64,000 nt of DNA from an uncultured beta proteobacterium (GCA_963816315.1 CAWFJZ010000032.1:46030-110029); one strand, 5' to 3'; positions 18,628 to 30,887 are shown, numbered from the stretch's first letter. The notes: generated by a model from the letters alone, not told the origin. Numbers and translations are program-made.

Positions 18628-19308
18628 ATGGTGACGAGCGATGCGCAAGGCGACGCGTTGGCGCAGGAGTTCGTGCAGTTCGCGGTCGGCGCCGGTGTGC
18701 TGCGCTTCGGCGAATTCAAGACCAAGGCCGGGCGATTGTCGCCCTACTTCTTCAACGCCGGCGGCTTCGACGACGGCGCCAAGCTCGGCCGCGTGGCGGG
18801 CTTCTACGCGCGGCGGCTGCTGGCTTCGAGCATCGAGTTCGACATGCTGTTCGGCCCGGCCTACAAGGGCATCACGCTGGCCGCGGCGGTGGCCATCGAG
18901 CTGGCGCGGCTCGGCCGCAACGTGCCGTTTGCCTACAACCGCAAGGAAGCGAAAGACCACGGCGAAGGCGGCACGCTGGTCGGCGCGCCGTTGGCCGGGC
19001 GCGTGGTGATCGTCGATGACGTGATTTCGGCCGGCACTTCGGTGCGCGAGTCGATCGCGATGATCCGCGGCGCGGGTGCGACCCCGGTCGGGGTGGCGAT
19101 TGCATTGGACCGCCAGGAGAAGAGCGCGGAAAACGGTGAAGACTTGCCGTTTTCGGCAGTGCAGTACATCACGGCGCAACTCGGCCTCAAAGTTTGTGCC
19201 GTTGCGACGCTGGCCGACCTGTTGCACTATCTGAGCGTTACATCTGACGCCGCACTCGCCCCACATCGCCAATCCGTGTCAGCTTACCGAGCGCGTTACG
19301 GCGTTTAA
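18628..19308 (+). CDS. pyrE: orotate phosphoribosyltransferase
   Basis: FGEFKTKAGRLSPYFFNAG, PAYKGI and the PRPP loop VVIVDDVISAGTS. Start at the internal ATG 18628. Confidence 0.9.
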   Translation: MVTSDAQGDALAQEFVQFAVGAGVLRFGEFKTKAGRLSPYFFNAGGFDDGAKLGRVAGFYARRLLASSIEFDMLFGPAYKGITLAAAVAIELARLGRNVPFAYNRKEAKDHGEGGTLVGAPLAGRVVIVDDVISAGTSVRESIAMIRGAGATPVGVAIALDRQEKSAENGEDLPFSAVQYITAQLGLKVCAVATLADLLHYLSVTSDAALAPHRQSVSAYRARYGV

Positions 19309-19349
19309 CCCCTTGCCGAGCCGTCATCGGTTTCAATTGCCACAGCACC

Positions 19350-20090
19350 ATGACTGACCGCCGCCGCTTCTCCCCGCACCGCCTCTTCGGCTGCGCCCTG
19401 CTGGGCTTCTGCACCCTCACCTGCGCCCAGGCCAACACGCGGGTCAACGACCAGGTATTCACCTGCGTCAACGCAGCAGGGCGCTCGCTCACGTCCGACC
19501 GTCTGATCGGCGAGTGCATGGACCGCGAGCAGCGCGTGCTGTCGCGCGACGGCACCTTGCTGCGCATCGTGCCGCCCTCGCTGACCGCCGATGAGCGCGC
19601 CGAGAAAGAGGCCCGTGAGCGCAAGTTGGCTGCCGAGCGCGAGGCCAAGTCAGAAGCCGTGCGCCGCGACCGCAATCTGATGCAGCGCTTTCCCAACGTG
19701 GCTGCGCACCAGAAGGCGCGCGAGCAGGCGCTGGAGGTGACGCAGTTTGCGATCACGCAATCGGAAGCCCGCCTGGCCGATCTGGAGCGCGAGCGCAAGC
19801 CGCTGATGGACGAGTCGGAGTTCTACAAGGGCAAGACGATGCCGGGCAAGTTGAAGGGCCAGCTCGACGCCAACGACGCCGCCACCGCGGCGCAGAAGGA
19901 ATTGCTGGCGCAGCAGAAGGCCGAACTGGAGCGCGCCTCAAAGCTCTACGACGTGGAGTTGGCGCACCTGAAGAAGCTGTGGGCCGGCGCGCTGCCGGGC
20001 TCGCTGCAGATGCCGAACGACAGCACCACGGCCAGGGCCAAGCACTCCGGCGCCGTGCCGGCGGTGGACAGCGCGCGCGGCACGAACTAG
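19350..20090 (+). CDS. secreted coiled-coil protein (DUF4124-like)
   Basis: Signal peptide (LFGCALLGFCTLTCAQA), Cys-containing N-domain, then a charged helical region rich in E/K/R/A. Confidence 0.6.
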   Translation: MTDRRRFSPHRLFGCALLGFCTLTCAQANTRVNDQVFTCVNAAGRSLTSDRLIGECMDREQRVLSRDGTLLRIVPPSLTADERAEKEARERKLAAEREAKSEAVRRDRNLMQRFPNVAAHQKAREQALEVTQFAITQSEARLADLERERKPLMDESEFYKGKTMPGKLKGQLDANDAATAAQKELLAQQKAELERASKLYDVELAHLKKLWAGALPGSLQMPNDSTTARAKHSGAVPAVDSARGTN

Positions 20091-20106
20091 CCTCGCACGG
20101 GGCGCC

Positions 20107-21546
20107 TCAGCCGGCGCCGAGTTTCTTCTTCAGCAGCTCACCTGCCTGGGCCGGGTTGGCTTGGCCTTTGGACGCTTTCATCACCTGGCCGACGAGGGCG
20201 TTGAAGGCCTTGTCCTTACCGGCGCGGAACTCGTCAACCGACTTGGTGTTGGCAGCAAGCACGTCATCGACGATCTTTTCGAGGGCGCTGCTGTCGTTGA
20301 TTTGCTTCAAGCCTTTGGCGGCGATCAGTGCATCGACATCCGAGCCCTCGCCGGCCCAAAGCGACTGCAAGACCTGACGTGCACCGTTGTTGCTGACGGT
20401 GCCGTCCGCGACGCGACCGATCAGCGCGGCCAACGCGTGCGCGCCGACCGGCGAAGCGTCGATCTCGCGCTCCTCGGCGTTCAGGCGCTTGCTGATCTCG
20501 CCCATCACCCAGTTGGCGACGAGCTTGGGCTGCTTGCACGCATCGCGCGCGGCTTCGTAGTAGCGCGCCACGGCCAGGCTCTGCGCCATCATCGCGGCGT
20601 CGTATGCACCGAGACCGTCGTCGCGCTCGAAGCGCGCCGCCATCGCAGCGGGCAACTCGGGCATCGTCGCCTTCACGCGCTCGACCCACTCCGGCGCGAT
20701 CACCAGCGGCGGCAGGTCGGGGTCGGGGAAGTAGCGGTAGTCCTGCGCGTCTTCCTTGCTGCGCATCGCGCGCGTCTCGCCGCTGCCGGGATCGAAGAGC
20801 ACGGTGGCCTGCTCGATCTTCAGGCCGTCTTCGACGCGGTCGATCTGCCACTGCACCTCGAAATCGATCGCCTGCTGCATGAACTTGAAGCTGTTCAGGT
20901 TCTTGATCTCGCGCCGCGTGCCGAAGGGCCGGCCGGGCTTGCGCACGGAGACGTTGGCGTCGCAGCGGAAGCTGCCTTCCTGCATGTTGCCGTCGCAGAT
21001 GCCGAGCCAGACGACGAGCGTGTGCAGGGCCTTCGCATAGGCCACCGCCTCGGCCGACGAGCGCATGTCGGGCTCGGAGACGATCTCGAGCAGCGGCGTG
21101 CCGGCCCGGTTCAAGTCGATGCCGCTCTGGCCTTGATAGTCCTCGTGCAGTGACTTGCCGGCGTCTTCTTCGAGGTGGGCCCGCGTGAGATGGACCGTCT
21201 TCTTCTCGGTGCCGACGACGAACTCGACCGTGCCGCCCTGCACCACCGGGATCTCGTACTGGCTGATCTGGTAGCCCTTGGGCAGATCCGGGTAGAAGTA
21301 GTTCTTGCGCGCGAAGATCGATTGCGGCGCGATCTTCGCGCCGACCGCCAGACCGAAGCGGATCGCGCGCTCGACGGCGCCCTTGTTCATCACCGGCAAC
21401 GCACCGGGCAATGCGAGATCGACCGCGCTGGCCTGCGTGTTTGGCGCCGCGCCGAAGGCCGTCGATGAGCCGCTGAATATCTTGCTCGCGGTCGAGAGTT
21501 GGGTGTGCGTCTCCAGGCCGATGACGACTTCGTAGCCGCGGATCAT
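20107..21546 (-). CDS. gatB: Asp-tRNA(Asn)/Glu-tRNA(Gln) amidotransferase subunit B
   Basis: [17 protein letters not shown]...[19 protein letters not shown]...RCDANVSVR. Full-length 479 aa. Confidence 0.95.
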   Translation of the reverse strand: MIRGYEVVIGLETHTQLSTASKIFSGSSTAFGAAPNTQASAVDLALPGALPVMNKGAVERAIRFGLAVGAKIAPQSIFARKNYFYPDLPKGYQISQYEIPVVQGGTVEFVVGTEKKTVHLTRAHLEEDAGKSLHEDYQGQSGIDLNRAGTPLLEIVSEPDMRSSAEAVAYAKALHTLVVWLGICDGNMQEGSFRCDANVSVRKPGRPFGTRREIKNLNSFKFMQQAIDFEVQWQIDRVEDGLKIEQATVLFDPGSGETRAMRSKEDAQDYRYFPDPDLPPLVIAPEWVERVKATMPELPAAMAARFERDDGLGAYDAAMMAQSLAVARYYEAARDACKQPKLVANWVMGEISKRLNAEEREIDASPVGAHALAALIGRVADGTVSNNGARQVLQSLWAGEGSDVDALIAAKGLKQINDSSALEKIVDDVLAANTKSVDEFRAGKDKAFNALVGQVMKASKGQANPAQAGELLKKKLGAG

Positions 21547-23036
21547 GCAAACCCCCTCGGCATTTGCGCGTGAAAGTCCGTCGCCTGCTGAAACGCATGC
21601 GCGGCATGCAGCAGCCCACCTTCGGCGAAGTAGTTGCCGATCAACTGCAAGCCGACCGGCATGCCGGCTTCACCAAACCCTGCCGGTACGCTCATGCCCG
21701 GCAGGCCTGCCAGGCTCGCGGGCAGCGTGAAGATGTCGGCCAGGTACGCGGCCACCGGGTCGTCATCCTGCGCGCCGATCTTCCACGCCACCGTCGGTGC
21801 AACCGGGCCGGCGATCACGTCGCACTGCTGGAAGCATTGCTGAAAGTCATCGGCGATCATGCGGCGCAGCTTTTGTGCCTGCAGGTAGTACGCGTCGTAG
21901 TAGCCGTGCGAGAGCACGTAGGTGCCGATCATGATGCGGCGCTTGACCTCGGCGCCGAAGCCTTCTGCGCGCGACTTCTTGTACATCTCCATCAGGTCGC
22001 CGTACTGCGCGGCGCGGTGGCCGTAGCGCACACCGTCGAAGCGCGACAGGTTCGAGCTCGCTTCGGCCGGCGCGATGATGTAGTACACGGGAATCGAGAG
22101 TTCGGTGCGCGGCAGGCTGACATCGACCAGCGTGGCGCCAAGCTTCTGAAACTCTGCCAGCGCGGCGCGCACCGAGTTGTTGACGTCGGTCGAAAGGGCT
22201 GACGGAAAGAACTCTTTGGGCAGGCCGATGCGCAGGCCGGCGAGCGGTTTGCCCGCGCTCGCGCCGTCGCGCGCACTGAGCATCTGCGCATGGAAGTCTT
22301 GCGGCGGCCGTTCGGCGCTGGTCGAGTCGCGCTCGTCGAAACCGCTCATCGCCGACAGCAGCAGCGCGCAGTCTTCGGCCGAGCGCGCCAGCGGCCCGGC
22401 CTGGTCGAGGCTCGACGCAAACGCGACCATGCCCCAGCGCGAGCAGACGCCGTAAGTCGGTTTGATGCCGGTGATGCCGGCAAAGCTGGCCGGCTGGCGG
22501 ATCGAGCCTCCGGTGTCGGTGCCGGTGGCCGCAGGCAACAAGCGCGCCGCCACGGCAGCCGCCGAGCCGCCGGAGGAGCCGCCGGGCACGCGCTCGGTGT
22601 TCCACGGGTTGCGCACGACGCCGAAGGCCGAGTTCTCGTTGGACGAGCCCATCGCGAACTCGTCGCAATTCAACTTGCCCAAGCTGACTGCGCCGGCCGC
22701 CGACAGACGCGAAACGACGGTGGCATCGAACGGGCTTTGGTAGCCGGCGAGCATCTTCGAGCCGGCCGTCGTCGGCTCGCCGCGCGTCGCAAAGATGTCC
22801 TTGTGCGCGATCGGCACGCCAGCCAAAGCGCCGAGCGCTTCGCCCTTCGCGCGGCGGGCGTCGATGGCGCGCGCGTCATCGAGCGCACGTTTGCCATCGA
22901 CGTGCAGGAAGGCGCCGAGTGCGCGCTGCGCTTCGATGCGCGCGAGCAAATGCGTCACCACCTCGGCGCTGCTGACCTCGCGCGCCGCCAACGCGCCACC
23001 AAGGGCGGCCACGCTCATCTCATGCAACGCCGTCAT
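21543..23036 (-). CDS. gatA: Asp-tRNA(Asn)/Glu-tRNA(Gln) amidotransferase subunit A
   Basis: Amidase signature ([13 protein letters not shown]...[12 protein letters not shown]). 4-nt overlap with gatB. Confidence 0.95.
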   Translation of the reverse strand: MTALHEMSVAALGGALAAREVSSAEVVTHLLARIEAQRALGAFLHVDGKRALDDARAIDARRAKGEALGALAGVPIAHKDIFATRGEPTTAGSKMLAGYQSPFDATVVSRLSAAGAVSLGKLNCDEFAMGSSNENSAFGVVRNPWNTERVPGGSSGGSAAAVAARLLPAATGTDTGGSIRQPASFAGITGIKPTYGVCSRWGMVAFASSLDQAGPLARSAEDCALLLSAMSGFDERDSTSAERPPQDFHAQMLSARDGASAGKPLAGLRIGLPKEFFPSALSTDVNNSVRAALAEFQKLGATLVDVSLPRTELSIPVYYIIAPAEASSNLSRFDGVRYGHRAAQYGDLMEMYKKSRAEGFGAEVKRRIMIGTYVLSHGYYDAYYLQAQKLRRMIADDFQQCFQQCDVIAGPVAPTVAWKIGAQDDDPVAAYLADIFTLPASLAGLPGMSVPAGFGEAGMPVGLQLIGNYFAEGGLLHAAHAFQQATDFHAQMPRGFA

Positions 23037-23109
23037 CTGACCCCCAAGACGCCTGCGGCGTCGGCCCCCCGAGGGGGTGCGACCCGGCTTCGGGCGGCCG
23101 TGCGCCGGG

Positions 23110-23409
23110 TCACTCGATCACCTTCGGCACGAGGTACAGACCGTCTTCCACGGCCGGTGCGCTCGCCTGATTGGCCGCGCGTTGATCCGTCTCCGTCACC
23201 ACGTCCTCACGCAGCCGCAACGCCGCGGTCTGCACGGCCGCCAGCGGCGTGTACAGCGGCTCGACGCCCGTGGTTTCGACCGCGCTCATCTGCTCGACGA
23301 TGGCGAAAAAGCCGTTCAGTTGCTGCAGCATCGCCTGCTCCTCGGCAGGTTGCAGTTCGAGCCGCGCCAGGTGGGCGATGCGGCGGACGTCGTCCAGGGC
23401 GAGGGGCAT
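23110..23409 (-). CDS. gatC: Asp-tRNA(Asn)/Glu-tRNA(Gln) amidotransferase subunit C
   Basis: 99-aa protein ([12 protein letters not shown]...) immediately upstream of gatA. Confidence 0.9.
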   Translation of the reverse strand: MPLALDDVRRIAHLARLELQPAEEQAMLQQLNGFFAIVEQMSAVETTGVEPLYTPLAAVQTAALRLREDVVTETDQRAANQASAPAVEDGLYLVPKVIE

Positions 23410-23548
23410 GGCGGAGCTTGAAAAACTTGAAGAAGGGGATTCGAAAGCGGATGCAACTGCTGGCCGGGCCGTGGATTTTGGGCGTTTTGCGGCGCGCCGT
23501 TGCGGCTATTGTCGAGAGGCCTTGGGGTATTATCGCGCCCCAAATTAG

Positions 23549-24694
<1,146 letters not shown>

Positions 24695-24732
24695 TCCGCC
24701 GCCTGCTGACTCATTGATTCGGAAGGCCGAAG

Positions 24733-25650
24733 TTGCAGCTCGGCACCATCGACCGCACGCCGCCGCCCTTCTTTCGCCAGGGCTACTCGGCGCTCACCAA
24801 GCTGATCTTCTTCACCGCGCTGTCGGTGTTCATGATGGTGGCCGACACGCGCTTCACCGTCATCCAGCCGCTGCGCTCGGGCATTGCCGCGGCGCTGGCG
24901 CCGGTGCAGCGCTCGCTGCTCGTGCCGGTCGATCTGGCGCTCGGCGGCAACGACTACTTCCAGGGCCTGACCAAGGCGCTGGCCGCCGAAGACGCGGCGC
25001 GCCGGCAGCTCGTGCTGCAGGCCGAGCAGGCGCAGTCGGCCGAGCGGTTGGCCAACGAAAACCGGCAACTGCGCGGCCTGCTCGAATTGAAGCCCGGCCT
25101 GACGGTGAAGTCCGTCGCCGCCGAGGTGATGTACGAAGCCGCCGATCCGTTTTCGCGCAAGCTCTATATCGACCGCGGCCTGGCGCAGGGCCTCGTGCCG
25201 AGCTCGCCGGTGATCACCGAGGGCGGCGTCATCGGCCAAGTGACGCGCGTCTATCCGCTGACCTCGGAGGTGACGCTGCTGACCGACCGCGACGCCGCGA
25301 TCCCGCTGCTCAACACACGCACGCAACTGCGCGCCGCCGCGTTCGGGGGCGTGGCGCAAGGCAGCGCGCTCGAGCTGCGCTTCGTCTCGGCCAACACCGA
25401 CGTCAAGGTCGGCGACGTGCTGCACACCTCGGGCGTCGATGGCGTCTATCCGCCGGGGCTGCCTGTGGCCAAGGTGACGCTGGTCGAGCGCCAGGCCGAC
25501 GGCGGCTTCACGAAAGTCGAACTGGCACCGCTGGCGTCGGTCGATCGCGTGCGCCATGTGCTGGTGTTGGAGCCGCTGAAGAACCAGTTGCCGCCACCGC
25601 CGGCGCCGGAGCCTGCGTCCGCGCCGAAGGCTGGAAGAGGCAGGAAGTGA
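24733..25650 (+). CDS. mreC: rod shape-determining protein MreC
   Basis: Position after mreB. Single N-terminal TM, coiled coil (ENRQLRGLLEL) and beta-rich C-domain. TTG start as given in the ORF track. Confidence 0.9.
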   Translation: MQLGTIDRTPPPFFRQGYSALTKLIFFTALSVFMMVADTRFTVIQPLRSGIAAALAPVQRSLLVPVDLALGGNDYFQGLTKALAAEDAARRQLVLQAEQAQSAERLANENRQLRGLLELKPGLTVKSVAAEVMYEAADPFSRKLYIDRGLAQGLVPSSPVITEGGVIGQVTRVYPLTSEVTLLTDRDAAIPLLNTRTQLRAAAFGGVAQGSALELRFVSANTDVKVGDVLHTSGVDGVYPPGLPVAKVTLVERQADGGFTKVELAPLASVDRVRHVLVLEPLKNQLPPPPAPEPASAPKAGRGRK

Positions 25651-25660
25651 GGATGCTTTC

Positions 25661-26182
25661 ATGAGCATCATGCCGCGCGGCGACCAGCTCCTGCTGCCCG
25701 CCAACCCGCTGTTCATCGTCATCACGCTGCTGCTGGCGCTGGCCTTCAACATGATGCCGCTCGGCCGCAGCCCGTGGCTGCCCGACATGCTGGCGCTGAC
25801 GCTGGCCTTCTGGGTGGTGCACCAGCCGCGGCGCGTCGGTGTCGGCGTGTCGTTCTTCTTCGGCCTGTTGATGGACGTGCACCAAGGCTCGATCCTCGGC
25901 CAACACGCACTGGCCTACACGCTGCTGGCCTTCGTCGCGATCGCGCTGCACAGGAGGCTGCTCTGGTTCCCGGTCTTCCAGCAGGCGGCGCAGGTACTGC
26001 CGCTGTTCATCGCCGCGCACCTGGTGTCGCTGGTGTTGCGCATGCTCGCCGGCGACCTGTTCCCCGGCTGGAGCTATTTCATTGCGCCGTGCTTCGAAGC
26101 GGTACTTTGGCCGATCGTGTCGTTCGTCTTTCTCGCCCCTCAACGCCGCGCCCCTGATCCCGACGAAAATCGTCCGCTGTGA
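25661..26182 (+). CDS. mreD: rod shape-determining protein MreD
   Basis: 173-aa polytopic membrane protein between mreC and mrdA. Confidence 0.85.
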   Translation: MSIMPRGDQLLLPANPLFIVITLLLALAFNMMPLGRSPWLPDMLALTLAFWVVHQPRRVGVGVSFFFGLLMDVHQGSILGQHALAYTLLAFVAIALHRRLLWFPVFQQAAQVLPLFIAAHLVSLVLRMLAGDLFPGWSYFIAPCFEAVLWPIVSFVFLAPQRRAPDPDENRPL

Positions 26183-28200
26183 CTGAACTCCGAGACGTCG
26201 AACGCGAACTGGGCGGCTTTCGCATCCGCCTGGTGGCTGCGGCGTTGTTCGTGCTCGTCTGCTTCGGCCTGCTGGCGGCGCGCCTCGTCTTTCTGCAGGT
26301 CATCCGCCACGACGACCTGTCCACGCAGGCCGAGAACAACCGCACGGCGATCGTGCCGGTGGTGCCCAACCGCGGCCTGATCGTCGATCGCAACGGCGTC
26401 GTGCTGGCCAACAACTACTCGGCCTACACGCTCGAGATCATGCCGTCGCGGCTGGCGCAGCCGCTGGACGCGACGATCGATGCGCTGGCCGAGCTGGTCG
26501 AGATCACGCCGCGCGACCGCCGCCGCTTCAAGCGCCAGCAGGCCGACAGCAAGAACTTCGAATCGCTGCCGATCCGCACCAAACTGACCGACGACGAGGT
26601 GGCGCGCTTCGTTGCCCAGCGCTTCCGCTTCCCCGGCGTCGATGTGAAAGCGCGGCTGTTCCGCAACTACCCGCTCGGCGAGACCGGCGCGCATCTGCTC
26701 GGCTACATCGGCCGCATCAACACGGCCGAGAAGGAAGCGATCGAGGATTGGGAAGACGAGCTGCAAGCCAACTACCGCGGCACCGAGTACATCGGCAAGC
26801 TCGGCATCGAGCAGCGCTACGAGCAGCAACTGCATGGCACGACGGGCGTCGAAGAAGTCGAGACCAGCGCCGGCGGCCGTGCGATGCGCCGGCTCGACCA
26901 CAAGGCGGCTACACCGGGCGACCAGATCTACCTGTCGATCGACATCCGCCTGCAAGCGCTGGTCGAGCAGATGTTCGGCGAGCGCCGCGGCGCGCTGGTG
27001 GCGATCGATCCGCGCAATGGCGAGGTGCTGGCGTTCGTCAGCAAGCCGTCTTTCGATCCGAACCTGTTCGTCGATGGCATCGACGTGGACAACTGGCGCG
27101 AGTTGAACGAAAGCATCGACAAGCCGTTGTTGAACCGCGCACTGCGCGGCACCTACCCGCCGGGCTCGACCTTCAAGCCGTTCATGGCGATGGCAGCGCT
27201 CAACTCAGGCAAACGCGCCGCCACCACGGTGATCCACGACGGCGGCAGCTTCGTCTTCGGCAACCACACCTTCCGCAGCCACGGCGACCATGGCCTCGGC
27301 GCGGTCGATATGTACAAATCGATCGTCAAGTCGAGCAACGTCTATTACTACTCGCTCGCCAACGAGATGGGCGTGGACCTGATGCACGAGCAGTTGTCGC
27401 CGATGGGCTTCGGCCGCAAGACCGGCATCGACCTCGACGGCGAAGTCACCGGCCTGCTGCCGTCCACACAGTGGAAGAAGAAGGCCTACAAAAAAGCCGA
27501 GCAGCAGCGCTGGTATGCCGGCGAGACGATCTCGCTGGGCATCGGCCAGGGCTACAACAACTTCACGATGCTGCAACTGGCCAGCGCCACGGCCACGCTG
27601 GTGGCCGGCGGCAAGCGTTTCGAGCCGCGGCTGGTGCGCGAGATCGAAGCCGCCGTCAAGCGCAGCAAGAGCAGCCCCGAAGCACAGGCGCTGGAGAAGC
27701 TGCCCTATGACCCGGAGCATGTGGCGCTGATCAAGCGCGCGCTCTACGGCGTGACGCAGGAAGGCACCTCGGTACGGTCGTTCGTCAATGCGCCGTACAA
27801 AACCGGCGGCAAGACCGGCACCGCGCAGGCCATCGGCATCAAGGCCAACGAGAAGTACAACGCGAGCAAGATCGACGAGTACCAGCGCGACCATTCGCTG
27901 TACATGGCCTTCGCGCCGCTCGACGAGCCGACGATCGCGTTGGCCGTCGTCGTCGAGAACGCCGGCTTCGGCTCGGAGGCCGCCGCGCCGATCGCGCGCC
28001 GCGTCTTCGACTACTGGATCTCGGGCCTGTGGCCGAGCGACGAGGACATCGCGGCCACGCAGATCGGCAAGTCCACCGCGCCGATCGGCAAGCAGCGCGA
28101 CGCGAAAGACGTGGTTCTGCCCGGGCTGCAAGGCGGTGGCTTCGCACAGTCGGTGGTGACGACCGCGCCGGGGCCGGTGGCGCTGAACACCAAACCATGA
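26179..28200 (+). CDS. mrdA: penicillin-binding protein 2 (elongasome transpeptidase)
   Basis: PBP dimerisation and transpeptidase motifs (PPGSTFKP, KSSN, KTGTAQ). 4-nt overlap with mreD. Confidence 0.95.
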   Translation: MTELRDVERELGGFRIRLVAAALFVLVCFGLLAARLVFLQVIRHDDLSTQAENNRTAIVPVVPNRGLIVDRNGVVLANNYSAYTLEIMPSRLAQPLDATIDALAELVEITPRDRRRFKRQQADSKNFESLPIRTKLTDDEVARFVAQRFRFPGVDVKARLFRNYPLGETGAHLLGYIGRINTAEKEAIEDWEDELQANYRGTEYIGKLGIEQRYEQQLHGTTGVEEVETSAGGRAMRRLDHKAATPGDQIYLSIDIRLQALVEQMFGERRGALVAIDPRNGEVLAFVSKPSFDPNLFVDGIDVDNWRELNESIDKPLLNRALRGTYPPGSTFKPFMAMAALNSGKRAATTVIHDGGSFVFGNHTFRSHGDHGLGAVDMYKSIVKSSNVYYYSLANEMGVDLMHEQLSPMGFGRKTGIDLDGEVTGLLPSTQWKKKAYKKAEQQRWYAGETISLGIGQGYNNFTMLQLASATATLVAGGKRFEPRLVREIEAAVKRSKSSPEAQALEKLPYDPEHVALIKRALYGVTQEGTSVRSFVNAPYKTGGKTGTAQAIGIKANEKYNASKIDEYQRDHSLYMAFAPLDEPTIALAVVVENAGFGSEAAAPIARRVFDYWISGLWPSDEDIAATQIGKSTAPIGKQRDAKDVVLPGLQGGGFAQSVVTTAPGPVALNTKP

Positions 28201-29354
28201 GCAGCGTTTACGAGCAGCCGTCTGCGTGGCAACGCATCAAGCCGATCCTGTTCGGCTTCGACGGCCTGCTGATCACCGGCGTCATGATCCTGGCCGCGTT
28301 CGGCCTGATGACGATGTATTCGGCCGGCTTCGACCATGGCACACGCTTCGTCGATCACGGTCGCAACATGGTGATCGCGTTCGTCATCCTGTGGACCGTG
28401 TCGCAGGTGCCGCCGCAGCGTCTGATGGCGCTGGCGGTGCCGATCTACACGCTGGGCGTGATCCTGCTCATCGCCACCGCCCTCTTCGGCATCAGCAAGA
28501 AAGGCGCGACGCGCTGGCTCAACATCGGCGTGACGGTGATCCAGCCGAGCGAAATCTTGAAACTCGCCACGCCGCTGATGCTCGCCTGGTGGTTCCAGAC
28601 CTGCGAAGGCCGCATGCGCACCGCCGAGTGGATCTTCGCCGCGGTGATCCTGCTCGTGCCCTTCGGGCTCGTCGCCAAGCAGCCCGACCTCGGCACCGCG
28701 ATCCTCATCCTCTCCGCCGGCTTGTACGTGCTGTTCTTCGCCGGCCTGTCGTGGAAGCTGATCGTGCCGGTGATGTTGGCGGCGGTGGCGGCGGTCGCCG
28801 CACTGATCATCTACGAGCCGACGATCTGCCAGCCGGGCGTCGAGTGGCCGCTGCTCAAGTCGTACCAGCAGCAGCGCGTGTGCACGCTGCTCGACCCGGC
28901 CAAGGACCCGCTGGGCAAGGGCTTTCACATCCTGCAGGGCATGATCGCCATCGGCTCGGGTGGCCTCTACGGCAAGGGCTTCATGCAGGGCACACAGACG
29001 CACCTCGAGTTCATTCCCGAGCGCACCACCGACTTCATCTTCGCCGCCTTCTCGGAGGAGTTCGGCCTGGTCGGCACGATCGGCCTGCTGCTGGCCTTCA
29101 GCTTCCTGATCCTGCGCGGCCTGTTCATCGCCGCCGAGGCGCCGACGCTGTTCACCCGGCTGCTCGCCGGCTCGATCACGCTGTCGATCTTCACCTACGT
29201 CTTCGTCAACATGGGCATGGTCAGCGGCATCCTGCCCGTCGTCGGCATCCCGCTGCCCTTCGTCAGCTATGGCGGCACGGCGATGGTGACGATGGGGCTG
29301 GCGATCGGGATGTTGATGTCGATCTCGCGCAGCCGGCGATTGATGCAATCGTGA
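28197..29354 (+). CDS. rodA: SEDS peptidoglycan polymerase RodA
   Basis: Start at ATG 28197 (ATGA overlap with the mrdA stop). SEDS motifs (QPSEILK, GGLYGKGFMQGTQTHLEFIPERTTDFIFA, PLPFVSYGGTAM). Confidence 0.95.
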   Translation: MSSVYEQPSAWQRIKPILFGFDGLLITGVMILAAFGLMTMYSAGFDHGTRFVDHGRNMVIAFVILWTVSQVPPQRLMALAVPIYTLGVILLIATALFGISKKGATRWLNIGVTVIQPSEILKLATPLMLAWWFQTCEGRMRTAEWIFAAVILLVPFGLVAKQPDLGTAILILSAGLYVLFFAGLSWKLIVPVMLAAVAAVAALIIYEPTICQPGVEWPLLKSYQQQRVCTLLDPAKDPLGKGFHILQGMIAIGSGGLYGKGFMQGTQTHLEFIPERTTDFIFAAFSEEFGLVGTIGLLLAFSFLILRGLFIAAEAPTLFTRLLAGSITLSIFTYVFVNMGMVSGILPVVGIPLPFVSYGGTAMVTMGLAIGMLMSISRSRRLMQS

Positions 29355-29370
29355 TTGCAAGACAAGAACC

Positions 29371-29435
29371 GTTCGCCCTGAGCTTGTCGAAGGGCATGCG
29401 CGCCACGCAGGGCTTCGACAAGCTCAGCCCGAACG
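29371..29435. repeat. REP-like imperfect palindrome between convergent genes
   Basis: Arms gttcgccctgagcttgtcgaaggg (29371-29394) and cttcgacaagctcagcccgaac (about 29412-29433) are near-perfect reverse complements. It translates to the spurious peptide FALSLSKG...FDKLSPNG. Confidence 0.6.
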
Positions 29436-30887
29436 GACTTCTGCCGCGGTGGGCAACCGCACCGTGAACCGCGTCCCCGGCGACACCGCCCGCGGGTTCG
29501 TCGCTTCGATCGTCACCGTGCCACCATGCCGCTCGGCGATCTCGCGCACGATCGCCAGGCCGAGGCCCGAGCCATCGACCTCGGTGCCGAGCGCGCGGTA
29601 GAACGGCTGGAAGACGAGCGCACGCTCGGACTCGGCGATGCCGGGGCCGTTGTCTTCGACCTGCAGCACCGCCACCTGGCCATACGGATCGGGCAGCAGG
29701 CGCACCGTCACCGTGCCGCCGCCCGGCGTGTATTGCACGGCGTTATCGACCAGATTGCGGATCAGCTCGCGCACCAGCACCGCCTCGCCGACGATCCGCG
29801 GCGCCGCGGCGTCCTTCGCACCCGGGCCCTCGAAGCCGAGGTCGAGCCCTTTGACCATCGCCCGCGGCACGAAGTCGTGCACGACCTCGGTGGCCACGGC
29901 CGAGAGGTTGAACGGCGTCACACGCCGCGCTTCTTTCGCGTCTTCGGCGCGCGCCATCGCCAGCAACTGGTTGACCATGTGCGCGGCCTGCTGCGACGAG
30001 CGTGCGATCTGGTGCAGTGAGCGCTTGACCGCCTTGGCGTCGCCGCCATCGACTTCGCGCTGCGCCAGCTCGGCCTGCATGCGCAAGCCGGCCAGCGGTG
30101 TCTTCAACTGGTGAGCGGCATCGGCGAGGAAGTGCTTCTGCACGCCAATCGAGCGGTCCAGCCGCGCCAGCAGGTCGTTGATCGCCGCCACCAGCGGGCT
30201 GACCTCCTCCGGCGCCGCGCTCTCGTCGATCGGCGACAGGTCGCCGATGGCGCGCTGACGGATGCGCCGCTGCAAATCGTCGAGCGGGCGCAGGCCGCGC
30301 GTCAGCGCAAACCAGATCAGCACCACGGCCAGCGGCAGGATGGCGAACTGCGACAGCATGACGCCGCGCGCGATCTCGGTGGCCAGCTGCGAGCGCTTGT
30401 CGAGCGTTTCGGCCACCTGCACCAGCGGCGGCGTGAGATCGCCGGACGACGGCGCAACGGCGGGCACCCACAGGTAGGCCACACGCACCGCACGGCCGTC
30501 GAGCTCGTCGTCGCGCAGCCGCACCTCGCCGTCTGGCTTCGGTGTCTCGTCGGGCACCGGCAAGACGCGGTCGCCGGCCACGCGTTCGCCGCGTGTGCCC
30601 AGGATCTGGAAGTAGAAGCTGTCCGATTCCTCGCCGCGCAGGATGGCCACCGAGACTTCCGGCAGGTTGATCTGCGCGCGCGGCACGGCCGCCAGCGGCA
30701 CGATGACGCGCCGCGCCAGCGTGCGCGCCGTCTCGGCCAGCTCGCGGTCGAACGGCCGGTTGGCGATGGCCTGCGCCGACACCCAGATGATGACCACCGA
30801 CAGCGGCCACAACAGCAGCAGCGGCACCAGCAGCCAGTCGAGGATGTCGCCGAACAGCGAGCGCTGCGGGCGGGCGCTGGGCACCAT
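29424..30887 (-). CDS. two-component sensor histidine kinase (periplasmic sensor, HAMP, HisKA, HATPase)
   Basis: Start at [10 protein letters not shown] (1-nt TGATG overlap with the regulator stop). H-box (FLADAAHQLKTPLA), N-box (LIRNLVDNAVQYT), G-boxes (DNGPGI, GSGLGLAIV). Confidence 0.85.
   Translation of the reverse strand: MVPSARPQRSLFGDILDWLLVPLLLLWPLSVVIIWVSAQAIANRPFDRELAETARTLARRVIVPLAAVPRAQINLPEVSVAILRGEESDSFYFQILGTRGERVAGDRVLPVPDETPKPDGEVRLRDDELDGRAVRVAYLWVPAVAPSSGDLTPPLVQVAETLDKRSQLATEIARGVMLSQFAILPLAVVLIWFALTRGLRPLDDLQRRIRQRAIGDLSPIDESAAPEEVSPLVAAINDLLARLDRSIGVQKHFLADAAHQLKTPLAGLRMQAELAQREVDGGDAKAVKRSLHQIARSSQQAAHMVNQLLAMARAEDAKEARRVTPFNLSAVATEVVHDFVPRAMVKGLDLGFEGPGAKDAAAPRIVGEAVLVRELIRNLVDNAVQYTPGGGTVTVRLLPDPYGQVAVLQVEDNGPGIAESERALVFQPFYRALGTEVDGSGLGLAIVREIAERHGGTVTIEATNPRAVSPGTRFTVRLPTAAEVRSG

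Noticed and set aside
29342-29467. Translated peptide ...PFALSLSKGMRATQGFDKLSPNG... at the end of ORF 28226..29467.
   Set aside because: It is the read-through translation of the REP-like palindrome in an off-frame shadow of rodA, not a gene.
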